Positions 1-10,078 of a stretch of 54,651 bases of DNA are shown in pieces; position 1 is the stretch's first letter; every line of letters begins with the position of its first letter. Source of the stretch: a virus (taxonomy: Duplodnaviria; Caudoviricetes); the IMG/VR virus record IMGVR_UViG_3300032240_000649, positions 1 through 54,651 of that record; one strand, given 5' to 3'. The position numbers and the translations under genes are program-made. The notes under the pieces were generated by a model. That model had not been told where the DNA came from. It saw nothing but the letters and a program-made list of their open reading frames with translations, and ran no database searches.

Positions 1-123
1 GCAACCGCGACATCTTGTACGGTGCGTTGGGATACCGCCAGCTTCCATCACGGGAGACCATGAGCGGTCTGTACACCAACAGCCTTGGTGGTGTTGAAAA
101 CAACCCCATGACTATGGCCCGGC
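1..123. repeat. Terminal direct repeat, left copy (circular assembly overlap)
   Basis: Bases 1-123 are identical to 54529-54651, and a reading frame runs through the join. Confidence 0.97.
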
Positions 124-911
124 CGCTGATGGATTTCCCCACCGGTGGTGGCGGATTTATGGCCCCACAGTCACGCAAGACCATGGACGCTGTCGAACAC
201 TTCCGCGCCTTCCAAGACGCCCAAGAAGCTGGCGCATACAACTTGCCCAACACCATGAAGGGCGTCAAAGGCAAGAACTCCATCATGTTTGATGCCCGCA
301 GCACCAACCCCGACAAGTTTAAAGACCCGACAGCGGCCGTTGAGCCAAACGCCCAACAATTGACTGACATCGATGCACTCATCCGCCGATTGACCCCAGA
401 GGGCAAAGACGTGGACTTTGGCGTGTCGGCCACTAACCGTGGCGTGGTTGTGTTCCCGTTTGACCCAACCATGAACTCCAAGGACGCCAACAAATTCCTG
501 AACAAGCTCAAGAAGGAAGTGCCAAAGATTTACCCGTCGTCGCCAGAAAAAGCCATGACAACCACAGGCTACATGCCCGGTATTGGTAAGCGTGGCGAGT
601 ATGGGCCACTGTCTACCATGCCGTACAGCGGCGAGGCGACCAGCGACCTGCTGCGCCACTTCTCTGAGCTGCCGCAATCGGTGTCGGAAAACCTAAGCGA
701 ATCCGAATGGGTTAGAAACCAGATTCGCGAAAAGGCGCTGCGTGATTCGCTCATGGGCGGCACACGCGGTGACATTCAAGAGTCGCGCCGCTTCTTTAGT
801 GAGGCGGATTGGCCAAAAGCAGTCAGCATGATCCGCGAGGGCATGACGCCCGCCGCTGCACTTGCTGCACTTGGCTACAGCGCCAGCTCCATGGCTGGAG
901 AGCGCGAATGA
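1..911 (+). CDS. C-terminal part of the 1325-aa polyvalent protein starting at 51462
   Basis: The listed ORF 15..911 is in the same frame as the unterminated frame from 51462 (position 15 equals 54543). Stop TGA at 909-911. Confidence 0.9.
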   Translation, partial: NRDILYGALGYRQLPSRETMSGLYTNSLGGVENNPMTMARPLMDFPTGGGGFMAPQSRKTMDAVEHFRAFQDAQEAGAYNLPNTMKGVKGKNSIMFDARSTNPDKFKDPTAAVEPNAQQLTDIDALIRRLTPEGKDVDFGVSATNRGVVVFPFDPTMNSKDANKFLNKLKKEVPKIYPSSPEKAMTTTGYMPGIGKRGEYGPLSTMPYSGEATSDLLRHFSELPQSVSENLSESEWVRNQIREKALRDSLMGGTRGDIQESRRFFSEADWPKAVSMIREGMTPAAALAALGYSASSMAGERE

Positions 912-1121
912 TTAAATCCGCCCTCGTGACTTCATGTAGAACCGAGCGCCGCCTTCGGCCTGCTTCGCCCATGCAAGCTCTTCTGCGGTCCACTGCTGAG
1001 GCTTGGGGCGTGACTTATGAGCCTGAGCAAGCAGCTCTTCCATCAACTCCGCGCACTCATCAAAGTAGCTGCCCGGTTCAACACTCTTCAAAAACTCAAT
1101 TGCTTGATCGTACTTATCCAT
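912..1121 (-). CDS. Small antisense hypothetical protein (69 aa, MDKYDQAIEF...)
   Basis: Fills the gap before the portal exactly. On the minus strand, AGGAGAG precedes the ATG at 1121 and an extended -10-like TGCTATGAT lies upstream. Confidence 0.75.
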   Translation of the reverse strand: MDKYDQAIEFLKSVEPGSYFDECAELMEELLAQAHKSRPKPQQWTAEELAWAKQAEGGARFYMKSRGRI

Positions 1122-1175
1122 CCGCACTCTCCTACGGTGTAATGTGAAGTTAAATCATAGCACAAGGAACACGAT

Positions 1176-3710
1176 ATGGCTACAGAATTTCCAATAGACC
1201 AAGAATACAACCGATTTGTTGGTGGGCAACCACAGGACCAAGACGAGGAAGTCGCGGTCGACATGCCCGACATGGACGATTCTGAGCTGGAAGAGCTGCC
1301 CGACGGGTCTGTCGTGGTTAAGCTTGACACCAAGGGGCCGATGGAAGACGAAGACTTCTACGCCAACCTTGCCGAGAGCGACCACATCAACCCGCTTGAC
1401 ATCGACGGCTTGGCCTTGCGCTACATCGAGCTGGTCGAAAAGGACAAGAACGCCCGCAAACAGCGCGACAAACAGTACGAAGAGGGCATCAAGCGCACCG
1501 GCATGGGCAATGACGCGCCCGGTGGAGCCAACTTCAACGGCGCATCCAAGGTGGTTCACCCCGTAATGGCCGAGGCCTGCATTGATTTTGCGTCCCGCGC
1601 CATCAAAGAGATGTTCCCGCCAGACGGCCCAACGAAAACCAAAATCTTGGGCGACGTCACAGAGGACAAAACCGTCATTGCCGAGCGCAAATCGGATTTC
1701 ATGAACTGGCAGCTCACCGAGCAAATCGAGGAATTCCGCGACGAGCAAGAGCAAATGCTCACACAGCTCCCGCTGGGTGGCTCGCAGTACATCAAGCTCT
1801 GGTACGACGAGAAGAAGCGCCGCCCCTGTGCGCAGTTTTTGCCCATCGACAACGTGCTTTTGCCCTACGCCGCAGGAAACTTCTACACTGCGCAGCGTTT
1901 TACTGAAGTTGACGACATTTCTGACTTTGAATTCAAGCAGCGCGTGGCTGCCGGTCTGTACCGCGACACCGCATTGACCCGCGCCACCATGGACCCCGAG
2001 ATGACGGCGGCCCAAAAGGCGACAAACAAGGTCGAAGGCAAGTCAGAAAACGACAATGACGACGGTTTGCGCCGCGTCTATCACGTCTACACATGGCTCC
2101 AGCTTGACGACGACCCCGTTACCAAGGGCGAGCTGGCCCCGTACATCCTGATGATTGACGATCTGTCGTCAGAAGTCATCGGCCTGTACCGCAACTGGGA
2201 AGAAGGCGACGAAACAATGACCAAATTGGACTGGATCATTGAGTTCAAGTTTATTCCTTGGCGCGGTGCATACGCCGTCGGCCTGCCACAGCTCATTGGA
2301 GGCCTCTCAGCGGCCCTTACAGGCGCTTTGCGGGCCTTGCTGGACTCTGCCCACATTAACAACGCTGCAACGCTCCTGAAGCTCAAGGGCGGCAAGATTT
2401 CTGGCCAGTCCCAAGAGGTCGAAGTCACGCAGGTTGTGGAAATTGAGGGCGCTCCCGGTGTGGACGACGTGCGCAAAATCGCCATGGCCATGCCGTTCAA
2501 CCCGCCATCGCCCGTTTTGTTCGAGCTTTTGGGCTGGTTGACCAACGCAGCCAAGGGCGTCGTTACCACCGCCGAGGAAAAGATCGCCGACGTCAACAGC
2601 AACACCCCAGTTGGCACGACTCAGGCGCTGATCGAGCAGGGCGCTGCTGTTTTCTCGTCCATTCACGCCCGTTTGCACGAGTCTCAGGGCCGCGTGCTCA
2701 AGGTTTTGAGCCGAATCAACCGTTGGTATCTCGACGACATGCGTCGCGGCGAGGTGGTGGAAGATCTGGACATCAAACGCGAAGATTTTGCTCGCGTGAC
2801 CGACGTTATTCCGGTCTCTGACCCGCACATCTTCAGCGAAACCCAGCGTATGGCCCAAACCCAAGCGGTTATGGCCATCATGGACAAGAATCCCGAGCTT
2901 TTCAACAAGCGTGCGGTGATTCAGCGCTTCCTAAAGCAGATCAAAGTGCCCGGCATCAACGAAATCATGACCGACGTGCCGCCACCCGTCAAAATGGACT
3001 CGGCCAACGAGAACGTGGCCATGGCCATCGGTCAGGCAGCGTTTGCGTACCCCGAGCAGGACCACCTTGGTCACATTCAGGCGCACTTGGACTTTGCAAA
3101 GAGTCCGATCTTTGGTGGCAACCCCATCATTGCGCCAGCGTACCTGCCCAAGGCCGTGGAACACATCAAGCAGCACCTTGTTTTGTGGTATTTAAACCGC
3201 ATGAACGGCTACGTTCAGAAGTCTTTGGGCGAGAAGCTGCCGGACTACGACTTGGCCAGCGATCCCAAGGCCGTTGACAAGCTGTTTGCGCTGGCATCTC
3301 AGCACGTCGAGCTGGACGCGGACCAAACGCTCAAAGGCATCATGCCTGTGGTGCAGCAGTTGGTTGCTGGCTTGAAGCAATTCCAGCCTCAGCCGCCAAT
3401 GACGCCGGACGCCAAGGTTCTGCTGGACACCAGCATGGCCGAGACCCAACGCCGTACCAATCGCGACCAAGCCGAATTGCAGCTCAAGGACAAAGAGCTG
3501 GCAGCCAAGATCCAAATGGACATGGCCGACTTGCAACAACGCCAGCAGCGCGACATGGAAGAGATGCAGTTGCGTCTGGCCATCGCCATGGGCGACAACG
3601 AAATGAAGGAACGCATCGAAACAGCCCGCCTAACGCGAGATGCTGCCAAGCTCAATTTCGAGCAAAGCAAGGCTGTACCAACCACAGGAGGCCAATATGG
3701 CAACGAGTGA
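1176..3710 (+). CDS. Portal protein (P22-like, long C-terminal coiled coil)
   Basis: 844 aa, downstream of terminase and first in the head block. Has portal-like segments (HPVMAEACIDF, YAVGLPQLIGGL, TPVGTTQALIEQG) and a Gln-rich helical tail. Confidence 0.85.
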   Translation: MATEFPIDQEYNRFVGGQPQDQDEEVAVDMPDMDDSELEELPDGSVVVKLDTKGPMEDEDFYANLAESDHINPLDIDGLALRYIELVEKDKNARKQRDKQYEEGIKRTGMGNDAPGGANFNGASKVVHPVMAEACIDFASRAIKEMFPPDGPTKTKILGDVTEDKTVIAERKSDFMNWQLTEQIEEFRDEQEQMLTQLPLGGSQYIKLWYDEKKRRPCAQFLPIDNVLLPYAAGNFYTAQRFTEVDDISDFEFKQRVAAGLYRDTALTRATMDPEMTAAQKATNKVEGKSENDNDDGLRRVYHVYTWLQLDDDPVTKGELAPYILMIDDLSSEVIGLYRNWEEGDETMTKLDWIIEFKFIPWRGAYAVGLPQLIGGLSAALTGALRALLDSAHINNAATLLKLKGGKISGQSQEVEVTQVVEIEGAPGVDDVRKIAMAMPFNPPSPVLFELLGWLTNAAKGVVTTAEEKIADVNSNTPVGTTQALIEQGAAVFSSIHARLHESQGRVLKVLSRINRWYLDDMRRGEVVEDLDIKREDFARVTDVIPVSDPHIFSETQRMAQTQAVMAIMDKNPELFNKRAVIQRFLKQIKVPGINEIMTDVPPPVKMDSANENVAMAIGQAAFAYPEQDHLGHIQAHLDFAKSPIFGGNPIIAPAYLPKAVEHIKQHLVLWYLNRMNGYVQKSLGEKLPDYDLASDPKAVDKLFALASQHVELDADQTLKGIMPVVQQLVAGLKQFQPQPPMTPDAKVLLDTSMAETQRRTNRDQAELQLKDKELAAKIQMDMADLQQRQQRDMEEMQLRLAIAMGDNEMKERIETARLTRDAAKLNFEQSKAVPTTGGQYGNE

Positions 3711-3852
3711 TCAAGAGCAAAAGAGCGTGCAGGTTCCCCAGCACAAACGCATGGCAATGGGCGAGAAGCTCGACGGCCAAACCATGCAATCCAAGGGCCA
3801 GTCAAACGGCTCTAAACCACAAGGAGGTCTGTCACAGGCAAAAGGCAAATGA
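3697..3852 (+). CDS. Small hypothetical protein
   Basis: AGGAGG RBS before ATG 3697; overlaps the portal stop. Confidence 0.65.
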   Translation: MATSDQEQKSVQVPQHKRMAMGEKLDGQTMQSKGQSNGSKPQGGLSQAKGK

Positions 3853-4034
3853 AAACCCTATCAGACCTCATTGGTGGAATTAAGTCTAGGCAGGCTGAAA
3901 TAGCCGCGTCCCTTGCTGCTGGTAATGCAGCGAACTGGGAGTCTTACATCCGCTGTGTTGGTCATCACGCGGGCTTACAAGAAGCCCTCGAAATCTTAAA
4001 CAACCTGATGAAGGAAGATGATGAATATGAGTGA
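3849..4034 (+). CDS. Small hypothetical head-module protein
   Basis: ATGA coupling to the previous gene; 61 aa, helical. Confidence 0.75.
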   Translation: MKTLSDLIGGIKSRQAEIAASLAAGNAANWESYIRCVGHHAGLQEALEILNNLMKEDDEYE

Positions 4035-4458
4035 ACCGGTAGCTTCTCACGAAGCTGAAATGGCTTGGGCATTTCCGAGCGTAGACCCCGGTGCTAAACC
4101 TCTTGGCGGACGCGTATTGGTGCAACTTCGCCGCACGAAAAAGAAGGCAACTAGCATGGGAATTATCTTGGTCGAAGAGACCAAGGAAACCGAAAAGTGG
4201 CAGAACATGGTGGCCAAAGTCATCGAGATCGGACCGCTGGCGTTCAAGCATCGTGACACGATGCAAGGCTGGCCAGAAGGCTCTTGGTGTACAGAGGGCG
4301 ATTTCATCCGCGTGCCCAAGTGGGGCGGCGACCGCTGGGAGGTACGAGTGCCCGGTGACGATGAGCACGAAGATCCAGCGCTGTTTATGGTGCTGAATGA
4401 CCATGAGGTGATCGCAAAGCTCACCGGTGATCCACTTGCTATGAGGGCCTTCCTATGA
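4027..4458 (+). CDS. GroES/Cpn10-like co-chaperonin
   Basis: KPLGGRVLVQ...GIILVEETKE...AKVIEIGP...EGDFI...LNDHEVIAKL follows the Cpn10 pattern. Confidence 0.8.
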   Translation: MSEPVASHEAEMAWAFPSVDPGAKPLGGRVLVQLRRTKKKATSMGIILVEETKETEKWQNMVAKVIEIGPLAFKHRDTMQGWPEGSWCTEGDFIRVPKWGGDRWEVRVPGDDEHEDPALFMVLNDHEVIAKLTGDPLAMRAFL

Positions 4459-5396
4459 ACACAGAAGCCAAAAAAGAACAACATGACGACATCGCGGTCG
4501 TGGAAGAGAAGGACGGGTCTGTCACGGTAGACCTGCCCGATCACATTGAGTCGCCCGATGCGCAAGCGTCCGACGACCACCATGACGACGGCGGTGACGT
4601 CGATCACCCTGACGATACTGATGCGGTCCGAGAAGCTCGCCGCAACCGTCGTCGGGCCAAAAAAGAGTACATCAAGCGCACCAACGAGGAAAAGGACCAA
4701 AACCTGATCCTGTTGCGCCGTCAGAACCAAGAGCTGATGGAGCGCCTGTCGGTCGTGGAGCGCAAGACCCACGGTGCGGATCTGGCACGTTTTGAGAAGG
4801 CTATCGAGGACGAAGAATATCGCCTGCGCTACGCCCAACAAAAGATGCAAGAGGCCACCGACAACTCTGACGGTGTGGCGTTTACCAAGGCCCAAGAGCT
4901 TTGGTACGACAGCCGCCGCAAGCTCGAAGCCATGAACAACTACAAGGAGCAGGCTGCACGCACCAGCGTTCAAGACACAGCGCCAGCAAACCCCAAGTTG
5001 ATTCGTTTGGCAAATAGCTGGATGGAGCGTAATTCTTGGTACGACCCAGAGGCTGGCGATGAGGATACTCAAATCGCCAAAGTCATCGATAACCGCCTTG
5101 TTGCCGAGGGTTGGGACCCCGCAACACCCGATTATTGGGATGAGCTTGACAATCGCTTGCAAAAGCGCTTACCACACCGTTATACTAGATCTAATGACGA
5201 AAATTCCAGAAGGACTCCTCGGAGCGTCGTAACTGGGTCTAGTCGTGAATCAGTTGGTCGTGGAAACGGCAACACATTTGTTTTGGAACCCGAACAGGTT
5301 CGAGCAATGAAAGATGCCGGATTTTGGGATGATCCCGAAAAACGCAACCGAATGATTAAACGATACGCCCAAGAAGCACGCAATAAAAGGAGCTGA
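4455..5396 (+). CDS. Capsid scaffolding protein
   Basis: Acidic N-terminus, long coiled coil, short helical C-terminal tail; lies between portal and capsid genes. Confidence 0.7.
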   Translation: MNTEAKKEQHDDIAVVEEKDGSVTVDLPDHIESPDAQASDDHHDDGGDVDHPDDTDAVREARRNRRRAKKEYIKRTNEEKDQNLILLRRQNQELMERLSVVERKTHGADLARFEKAIEDEEYRLRYAQQKMQEATDNSDGVAFTKAQELWYDSRRKLEAMNNYKEQAARTSVQDTAPANPKLIRLANSWMERNSWYDPEAGDEDTQIAKVIDNRLVAEGWDPATPDYWDELDNRLQKRLPHRYTRSNDENSRRTPRSVVTGSSRESVGRGNGNTFVLEPEQVRAMKDAGFWDDPEKRNRMIKRYAQEARNKRS

Positions 5397-5401
5397 ACAT
5401 T

Positions 5402-5944
5402 ATGGATACACGTCTTAAAAAAACTCTCAACGCGGGTGGCCGCGAACAAAGATCTTCACAAGATCTAAACCGAGCCGCTCCCGAGGAGAAGTTCATTTCA
5501 AAGCAGGAACGTCGCAAGATGTGGAGCGATGAATGGACACAAAGTGCGCTGCCGAAGGTTCCGGAAATTCCGGGATGGCATCTTTGCTGGTTATCAACCA
5601 CCAACGGCTACGACAGTATTGATAAGCGGATGCGACTGGGTTATGTACCCGTGAAAGCGGATGAGTTACCCGGATTCGACAATTACCGCGTAAAGGCTGG
5701 CGAAGACATTGGTTTTATCGCGTGCAATGAGATGCGCTTGTATAAGCTTCCAATGGAAGTTTATCAAGAGGTCATGACTCAAATGCACCATGAGGCACCC
5801 AATGAGGAGTCTGACAAAGTTCAGGTCCAAGTTGAGCAGCTTCAAGGCAACCGCGATAGCTCAGGCAAAAGTCTGGGAAGCGTTGAAGGTGAAGGCTTTG
5901 GCAATTTGAACCGAAACGTCCAAGCACCTGTGTTTTACGGGTGA
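5402..5944 (+). CDS. Hypothetical head-module protein
   Basis: 180-aa ORF with GGAG RBS, in operon. Confidence 0.75.
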   Translation: MDTRLKKTLNAGGREQRSSQDLNRAAPEEKFISKQERRKMWSDEWTQSALPKVPEIPGWHLCWLSTTNGYDSIDKRMRLGYVPVKADELPGFDNYRVKAGEDIGFIACNEMRLYKLPMEVYQEVMTQMHHEAPNEESDKVQVQVEQLQGNRDSSGKSLGSVEGEGFGNLNRNVQAPVFYG

Positions 5945-5966
5945 GGACTTAACAAAGGAGTTAAAT

Positions 5967-6539
5967 ATGTCTTCGACTAATGCTCCGTTCGGCTTGCGTC
6001 CTTCGTTCCACCCATCGGGTCTGGATCGCGCTGTGGCGCTTGCTAACGGTATTGCCTCCGGTTACAGCACCGGAATTTTGAAGGGTCAACCTGTTGCCCT
6101 TAACACGTCAGGCAACATCGTTGCTGCTACTGCTGGCAGTGCCTATCAAGGCGCTTTTGCTGGTCATGAGTACACCGATTTGACTGGCCGTCGTGTTGTC
6201 AGCAACCAATGGCTTGCAAACACTGCATACCAAACTGGTTCTGAAGTGACTTACTACTACTCTGACCCGAACATCGTTTACGACATTCAGGCTGACGGTA
6301 GCTTGGCACAAACCTCTGTTGGCGATCAAGCCAACTTCAGCAACATTACTGCTGGTTCTACGACCACTGGTTTGTCGCAATGCACCATCTCTTCGAGCTT
6401 GGCGGGTGCTGGTAATGTGGGCGATCTGCGCATTATTGGTTTGTATAACGGCGTTGACAATGCATGGGGTGATGCATACACGGTTGTTCAGGTTCAAGTG
6501 AGCCGCAGCCAGTTCGTCGCCACTGTTAACGCAATCTAA
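5967..6539 (+). CDS. Probable capsid decoration/cement protein
   Basis: Rich in small residues, beta-type; immediately before the MCP; strong AAGGAG RBS. Confidence 0.6.
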   Translation: MSSTNAPFGLRPSFHPSGLDRAVALANGIASGYSTGILKGQPVALNTSGNIVAATAGSAYQGAFAGHEYTDLTGRRVVSNQWLANTAYQTGSEVTYYYSDPNIVYDIQADGSLAQTSVGDQANFSNITAGSTTTGLSQCTISSSLAGAGNVGDLRIIGLYNGVDNAWGDAYTVVQVQVSRSQFVATVNAI

Positions 6540-6552
6540 GGAGGACTAAAAA

Positions 6553-7467
6553 ATGGCCGCTCCAATGCGCAGTACGGACTTTCGCTCAATCGTTGAGCCT
6601 ATTCTCAACGAGTGTTTTGACGGAGTCTATGACCAACGTACCGATGAATGGTCGCGAGTTTTCCGCGAGCAAGACGGTATTCCCCGCAACTACCACGAAG
6701 AACCCGTCCTGTACGGTTTTGGCGCTGCTCCTCAGTTGCCTGACGGCACTCCCGTCAGCTACCAGCAGGGCGGCGTGCTGTTCCTCCAGCGCTATGTGTA
6801 CAACGTGTATGGCCTAGCCTTCGCGTTGACCAAAGTGTTGGTTGAGGACGGCGACCATATCCGTATCGGTCAGGTCTATGCTCGTCACTTGGCTCAGTCT
6901 CTCATCGAGACCAAAGAGACTTTGTGCGCGAACATTTTGAACCGCGCGTTCAACAGCAGCTACCCCGGTGGCGACGGTGTGTCTTTGATCAACACCGCTC
7001 ACCCCATCGTGAACGGCACTTTCAGCAACCAGTTGGCAACTTCTGCCAACCTGTCCCAGACTTCTTTGGAGCAGATGCTGATTCAGATCCGTCAAGCTGT
7101 CGACAACAACGGCAAGAAGATTCGTTTGGTGCCCCGCCAATTGGTGGTCGCCCCCGGCAACGTCTTCCAAGCTGAAGTTTTGTTGAAGAGCGTTCTGCGT
7201 GCTGGTACTGCAAACAACGACCTGAACCCTGTCAAGTCTATTGGCTTGTTGGACGAAGGCGCTGCTGTTATCAGCCGTTTGACCAGCTCTACCGCATGGT
7301 GGGTTCAGACCGACGCTCCCGAGGGCATGAAGCTCTTGATGCGTCGCAAGCTGGAGAAGACCATGGAAGGCGATTTCGAGACCGACTCGATGCGCTACAA
7401 GGCTACCGAGCGTTACATCCCCGGATTCACTGATCCGCGTGCAATGTACGGTACTCCCGGCGTATAA
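6553..7467 (+). CDS. Major capsid protein (HK97 fold, Mu gpT-like)
   Basis: 304 aa; GGDGVSLINTAHP, LVVAPG, EGDFETDSMRYKATERY...DPRAMYG motifs; AGGAGG RBS; followed by a terminator. Confidence 0.88.
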   Translation: MAAPMRSTDFRSIVEPILNECFDGVYDQRTDEWSRVFREQDGIPRNYHEEPVLYGFGAAPQLPDGTPVSYQQGGVLFLQRYVYNVYGLAFALTKVLVEDGDHIRIGQVYARHLAQSLIETKETLCANILNRAFNSSYPGGDGVSLINTAHPIVNGTFSNQLATSANLSQTSLEQMLIQIRQAVDNNGKKIRLVPRQLVVAPGNVFQAEVLLKSVLRAGTANNDLNPVKSIGLLDEGAAVISRLTSSTAWWVQTDAPEGMKLLMRRKLEKTMEGDFETDSMRYKATERYIPGFTDPRAMYGTPGV

Positions 7468-7474
7468 GCCAAGC

Positions 7475-7505
7475 GGGGCGGGAGTAAAAACCCCGCCCCT
7501 TTTTT
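7475..7505 (+). terminator. Rho-independent terminator after MCP
   Basis: GGGGCGGG-loop-CCCGCCCC followed by a T run. Confidence 0.85.
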
Positions 7506-7545
7506 GTTAATTTGTATTTGTCAAACTTTTCAAGGAGAAGACAAA

Positions 7546-8517
7546 ATGCCTCAATATTCAGACGACCTATTTTTAGGCCCAGCCCAAACCTACATGGGTA
7601 CGGGTCTGCGCCCCTACACATCAGTTTTCACTGGCTCAATGTCTGGTACGACATTGACCGTAACCGCTCTTTTATCAGGCGCACCAATTCTTGTTGGTAT
7701 GTATGTTGACGGCACTAGCGTGACCGACGGCACATATATCACCGCGTTTGGCACTGGTACAGGCGGTGCAGGTACTTACACGATTAACCAATCGGTAACT
7801 GCCTCTAGCACTTCTATGACTGCTCATAGCAATGCTCCACTTGATAACCCTGCACCAATGGATTTGGGTGTTGGCCCTCTGGGTCGCATCTACGTTTGGG
7901 ACATCGTTCCTCAAGCCGCCGTCACTAACAACATTGCGGCGTCGCAAACTGCCGCCGCCGCTGGTGCTGTCACTTTGACTGCTGGTACTTCGGTGAAGTC
8001 CGTCACTACTGCTGGTGGTGCGACTGTATTGCAACTTGACTGCCCTCGCGCTGTTAAGGTGAACTGCTCTACAACTGCTCGTGCTTTTACTGTTAGCGGG
8101 TACGACTACTACGGACAGGCAATGAGTGAAGTTATCACTGTTGCCACCGCTGGTACTGCTGTTACTGGTTTGAAGGCTTTCTTCCAAATCTCTAGCGTAA
8201 CCATCGCTGGCTCTGCAACTGCTGTTGTGGTTGGTACAAGCGACGTTTTAGGTCTGCCAGTTCGCGTGTTCAACGTGGCTTATGTGGCAAGCGTCAAGAG
8301 CAACAACGCGCTGGCGCAAGACGGTGGTAATTTTACTGCCGCTGACACTAATACCGCTACAACCACCACTGGTGACGTTCGCGGTACATACACCCCCGCT
8401 ACTGCATCGAACGGTATCGTTCGCACTGTAATGGGAATTCTGTTGCCTGCTATTGCAGTCGGTCCAAATGCTACCCGTGTGGGCGCTTTGGGTGTAAACC
8501 AAAACTTAGTGTCCTAA
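7546..8517 (+). CDS. Minor virion structural protein (T/A/G-rich, with an inserted small beta domain)
   Basis: AAGGAG RBS before ATG 7546; beta-rich composition; follows the MCP. Confidence 0.7.
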   Translation: MPQYSDDLFLGPAQTYMGTGLRPYTSVFTGSMSGTTLTVTALLSGAPILVGMYVDGTSVTDGTYITAFGTGTGGAGTYTINQSVTASSTSMTAHSNAPLDNPAPMDLGVGPLGRIYVWDIVPQAAVTNNIAASQTAAAAGAVTLTAGTSVKSVTTAGGATVLQLDCPRAVKVNCSTTARAFTVSGYDYYGQAMSEVITVATAGTAVTGLKAFFQISSVTIAGSATAVVVGTSDVLGLPVRVFNVAYVASVKSNNALAQDGGNFTAADTNTATTTTGDVRGTYTPATASNGIVRTVMGILLPAIAVGPNATRVGALGVNQNLVS

Positions 8518-8529
8518 CAGGAGGCCAAC

Positions 8530-9612
8530 ATGGGTCAATTCAAACCAATGGTCAAAATGATGACCACAGAGCCTTCAGTTGAACTGAAGCTCAAAAAAGG
8601 TGGCAAGGTAGCCAAGAAGGCCGATGGCGGCATGATGGGTGCTCCTATGGGCGCTTCTGATGGCCTGCCCCCTGCTATGCCTGCCCGTGGTGGCATGATG
8701 GGCGCTGCGGCCCCCATGAAGCCTTCGCTGGCTATGCGTCGTCGCGCAATGAAGGGCTTGCCTGCTGGTGCTGGCCCCGCTGGTCCAGTTGGCGGCGCTG
8801 CTCAAATGCAGCCCCCAATGGGCGCTCCTAGCGGCATGCCTGCTATGAAAAAGGGCGGCAAGGCTGAAGGCGGCAAGATGGACATGGCGCAAGACAAGGC
8901 CATGATCAAGAAGGCCTTCAAGCAGCACGACATGCAAGAGCACAAAGGCGGTAAAGGCACTTCTTTGAAATTGAAGAAGGGCGGCAAGATGATGAAGTTT
9001 GCAACTGGCGGCGCAATCCCCAGCGAAACAACTTCTGGTTCGCCTGCTACAACCATCATGCACCAAGCCAAGCCTGACAACGCTCCAGCAAAAACTGGTG
9101 GCGTCAAGAACGGCAACGGCGGCGGCTTCAAGACGGGCGGCAAGATCAAGAAGATGGCCACTGGTGGCGTCGTCAAAGGTCAAGCTGGCTACGCTACTGG
9201 CGGTGCAATTCCTTCTGAGACCACTTCTGGCAGCTACGCAACCACTGAGATGCATTCGGCCAAACCTGACAATTCACCTGCCAAAACAGGCGGCGTGAAA
9301 GACGGCAATGGCGGTGGCTACAAGCGCGGAGGGTCTGCGTCAAAAAAAGCCTACGCGGCGGGGGGTACTGTTGATTCAGGTCGTCCCGTCGCGATGCCTC
9401 AAGGTCGCAAACCAATCCCCAAACCTGTAGAGATCAACGAACTCGCTGGCACCTACAAGAAGGGCGGAATGGTAGCTCCCGGCAATCGTAAATTGCAGGC
9501 AATCTCCGATAAAGAGAACGCGCCTGCTATGCGTGCAGCCAAAGCAATGAGCAACGAAAAGTACGGCCCAGCCAGTACGATGAAGCTCAAAAGAGGCGGC
9601 ATGGCTTGTTGA
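8530..9612 (+). CDS. Basic low-complexity protein with many xxGG motifs and an internal duplication
   Basis: 360 aa, rich in K/G/M/A. The ATGGAIPSETTSGS...AKPDNxPAKTGGVKxGNGGG unit occurs twice. AGGAGG RBS. Confidence 0.85.
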   Translation: MGQFKPMVKMMTTEPSVELKLKKGGKVAKKADGGMMGAPMGASDGLPPAMPARGGMMGAAAPMKPSLAMRRRAMKGLPAGAGPAGPVGGAAQMQPPMGAPSGMPAMKKGGKAEGGKMDMAQDKAMIKKAFKQHDMQEHKGGKGTSLKLKKGGKMMKFATGGAIPSETTSGSPATTIMHQAKPDNAPAKTGGVKNGNGGGFKTGGKIKKMATGGVVKGQAGYATGGAIPSETTSGSYATTEMHSAKPDNSPAKTGGVKDGNGGGYKRGGSASKKAYAAGGTVDSGRPVAMPQGRKPIPKPVEINELAGTYKKGGMVAPGNRKLQAISDKENAPAMRAAKAMSNEKYGPASTMKLKRGGMAC

Positions 9613-9616
9613 AAAC

Positions 9617-9642
9617 GAGTGGGGGCTTCGGCCCCCGCTTTT
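9617..9642 (+). terminator. Rho-independent terminator
   Basis: GTGGGGGC-TTCG-GCCCCCGC followed by TTTT. Confidence 0.8.
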
Positions 9643-9656
9643 AATTGGAGAAAAAT

Positions 9657-10076
9657 ATGGCTGATGCAGTCGCAAGTCAAACGCTCATGGATGGTGAGCG
9701 CGTTGCAATTATGAAATTTACAAACACCAGTGATGGCACTGGTGAAACCAATGTGGTCAAAGTTAATCCTTCGACTTTGGCTCCTTCTGGTTCAGGCGGT
9801 GGCGCTTGCGACCGAGTAACAATTACCAAAATTACCGCTTTGACTCATGGCATGGAAGTGCAATTGAAGTGGAAAGCCAGCACGCCCGTCATCATTGAAA
9901 CCATTCCTCAAAATAATGCTTACCAGCAAGACTTTGAAAAAATTGGTGGTTTGACAAACAATGCTGGCACTGGTGTTGATGGCGCAATCACATTTACCAC
10001 TTTGGATGCAAGCGCTGGTGACACCTATACCGTGGTTTTGGAGATGGTCAAACACTATGTAAATCCGTTAGGTTGA
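9657..10076 (+). CDS. Hypothetical virion protein (beta-sandwich-like)
   Basis: GGAG RBS before ATG 9657; in the structural operon. Confidence 0.7.
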   Translation: MADAVASQTLMDGERVAIMKFTNTSDGTGETNVVKVNPSTLAPSGSGGGACDRVTITKITALTHGMEVQLKWKASTPVIIETIPQNNAYQQDFEKIGGLTNNAGTGVDGAITFTTLDASAGDTYTVVLEMVKHYVNPLG

Positions 10077-10078
10077 TC

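Noticed and set aside
1-123. Biological direct terminal repeat
   Set aside because: It falls in the middle of a gene and the frame continues across it; best explained as an assembler overlap of a circular contig.
15-911. Standalone 298-aa gene
   Set aside because: TTG start with no RBS; it is the tail of the 51462 ORF.
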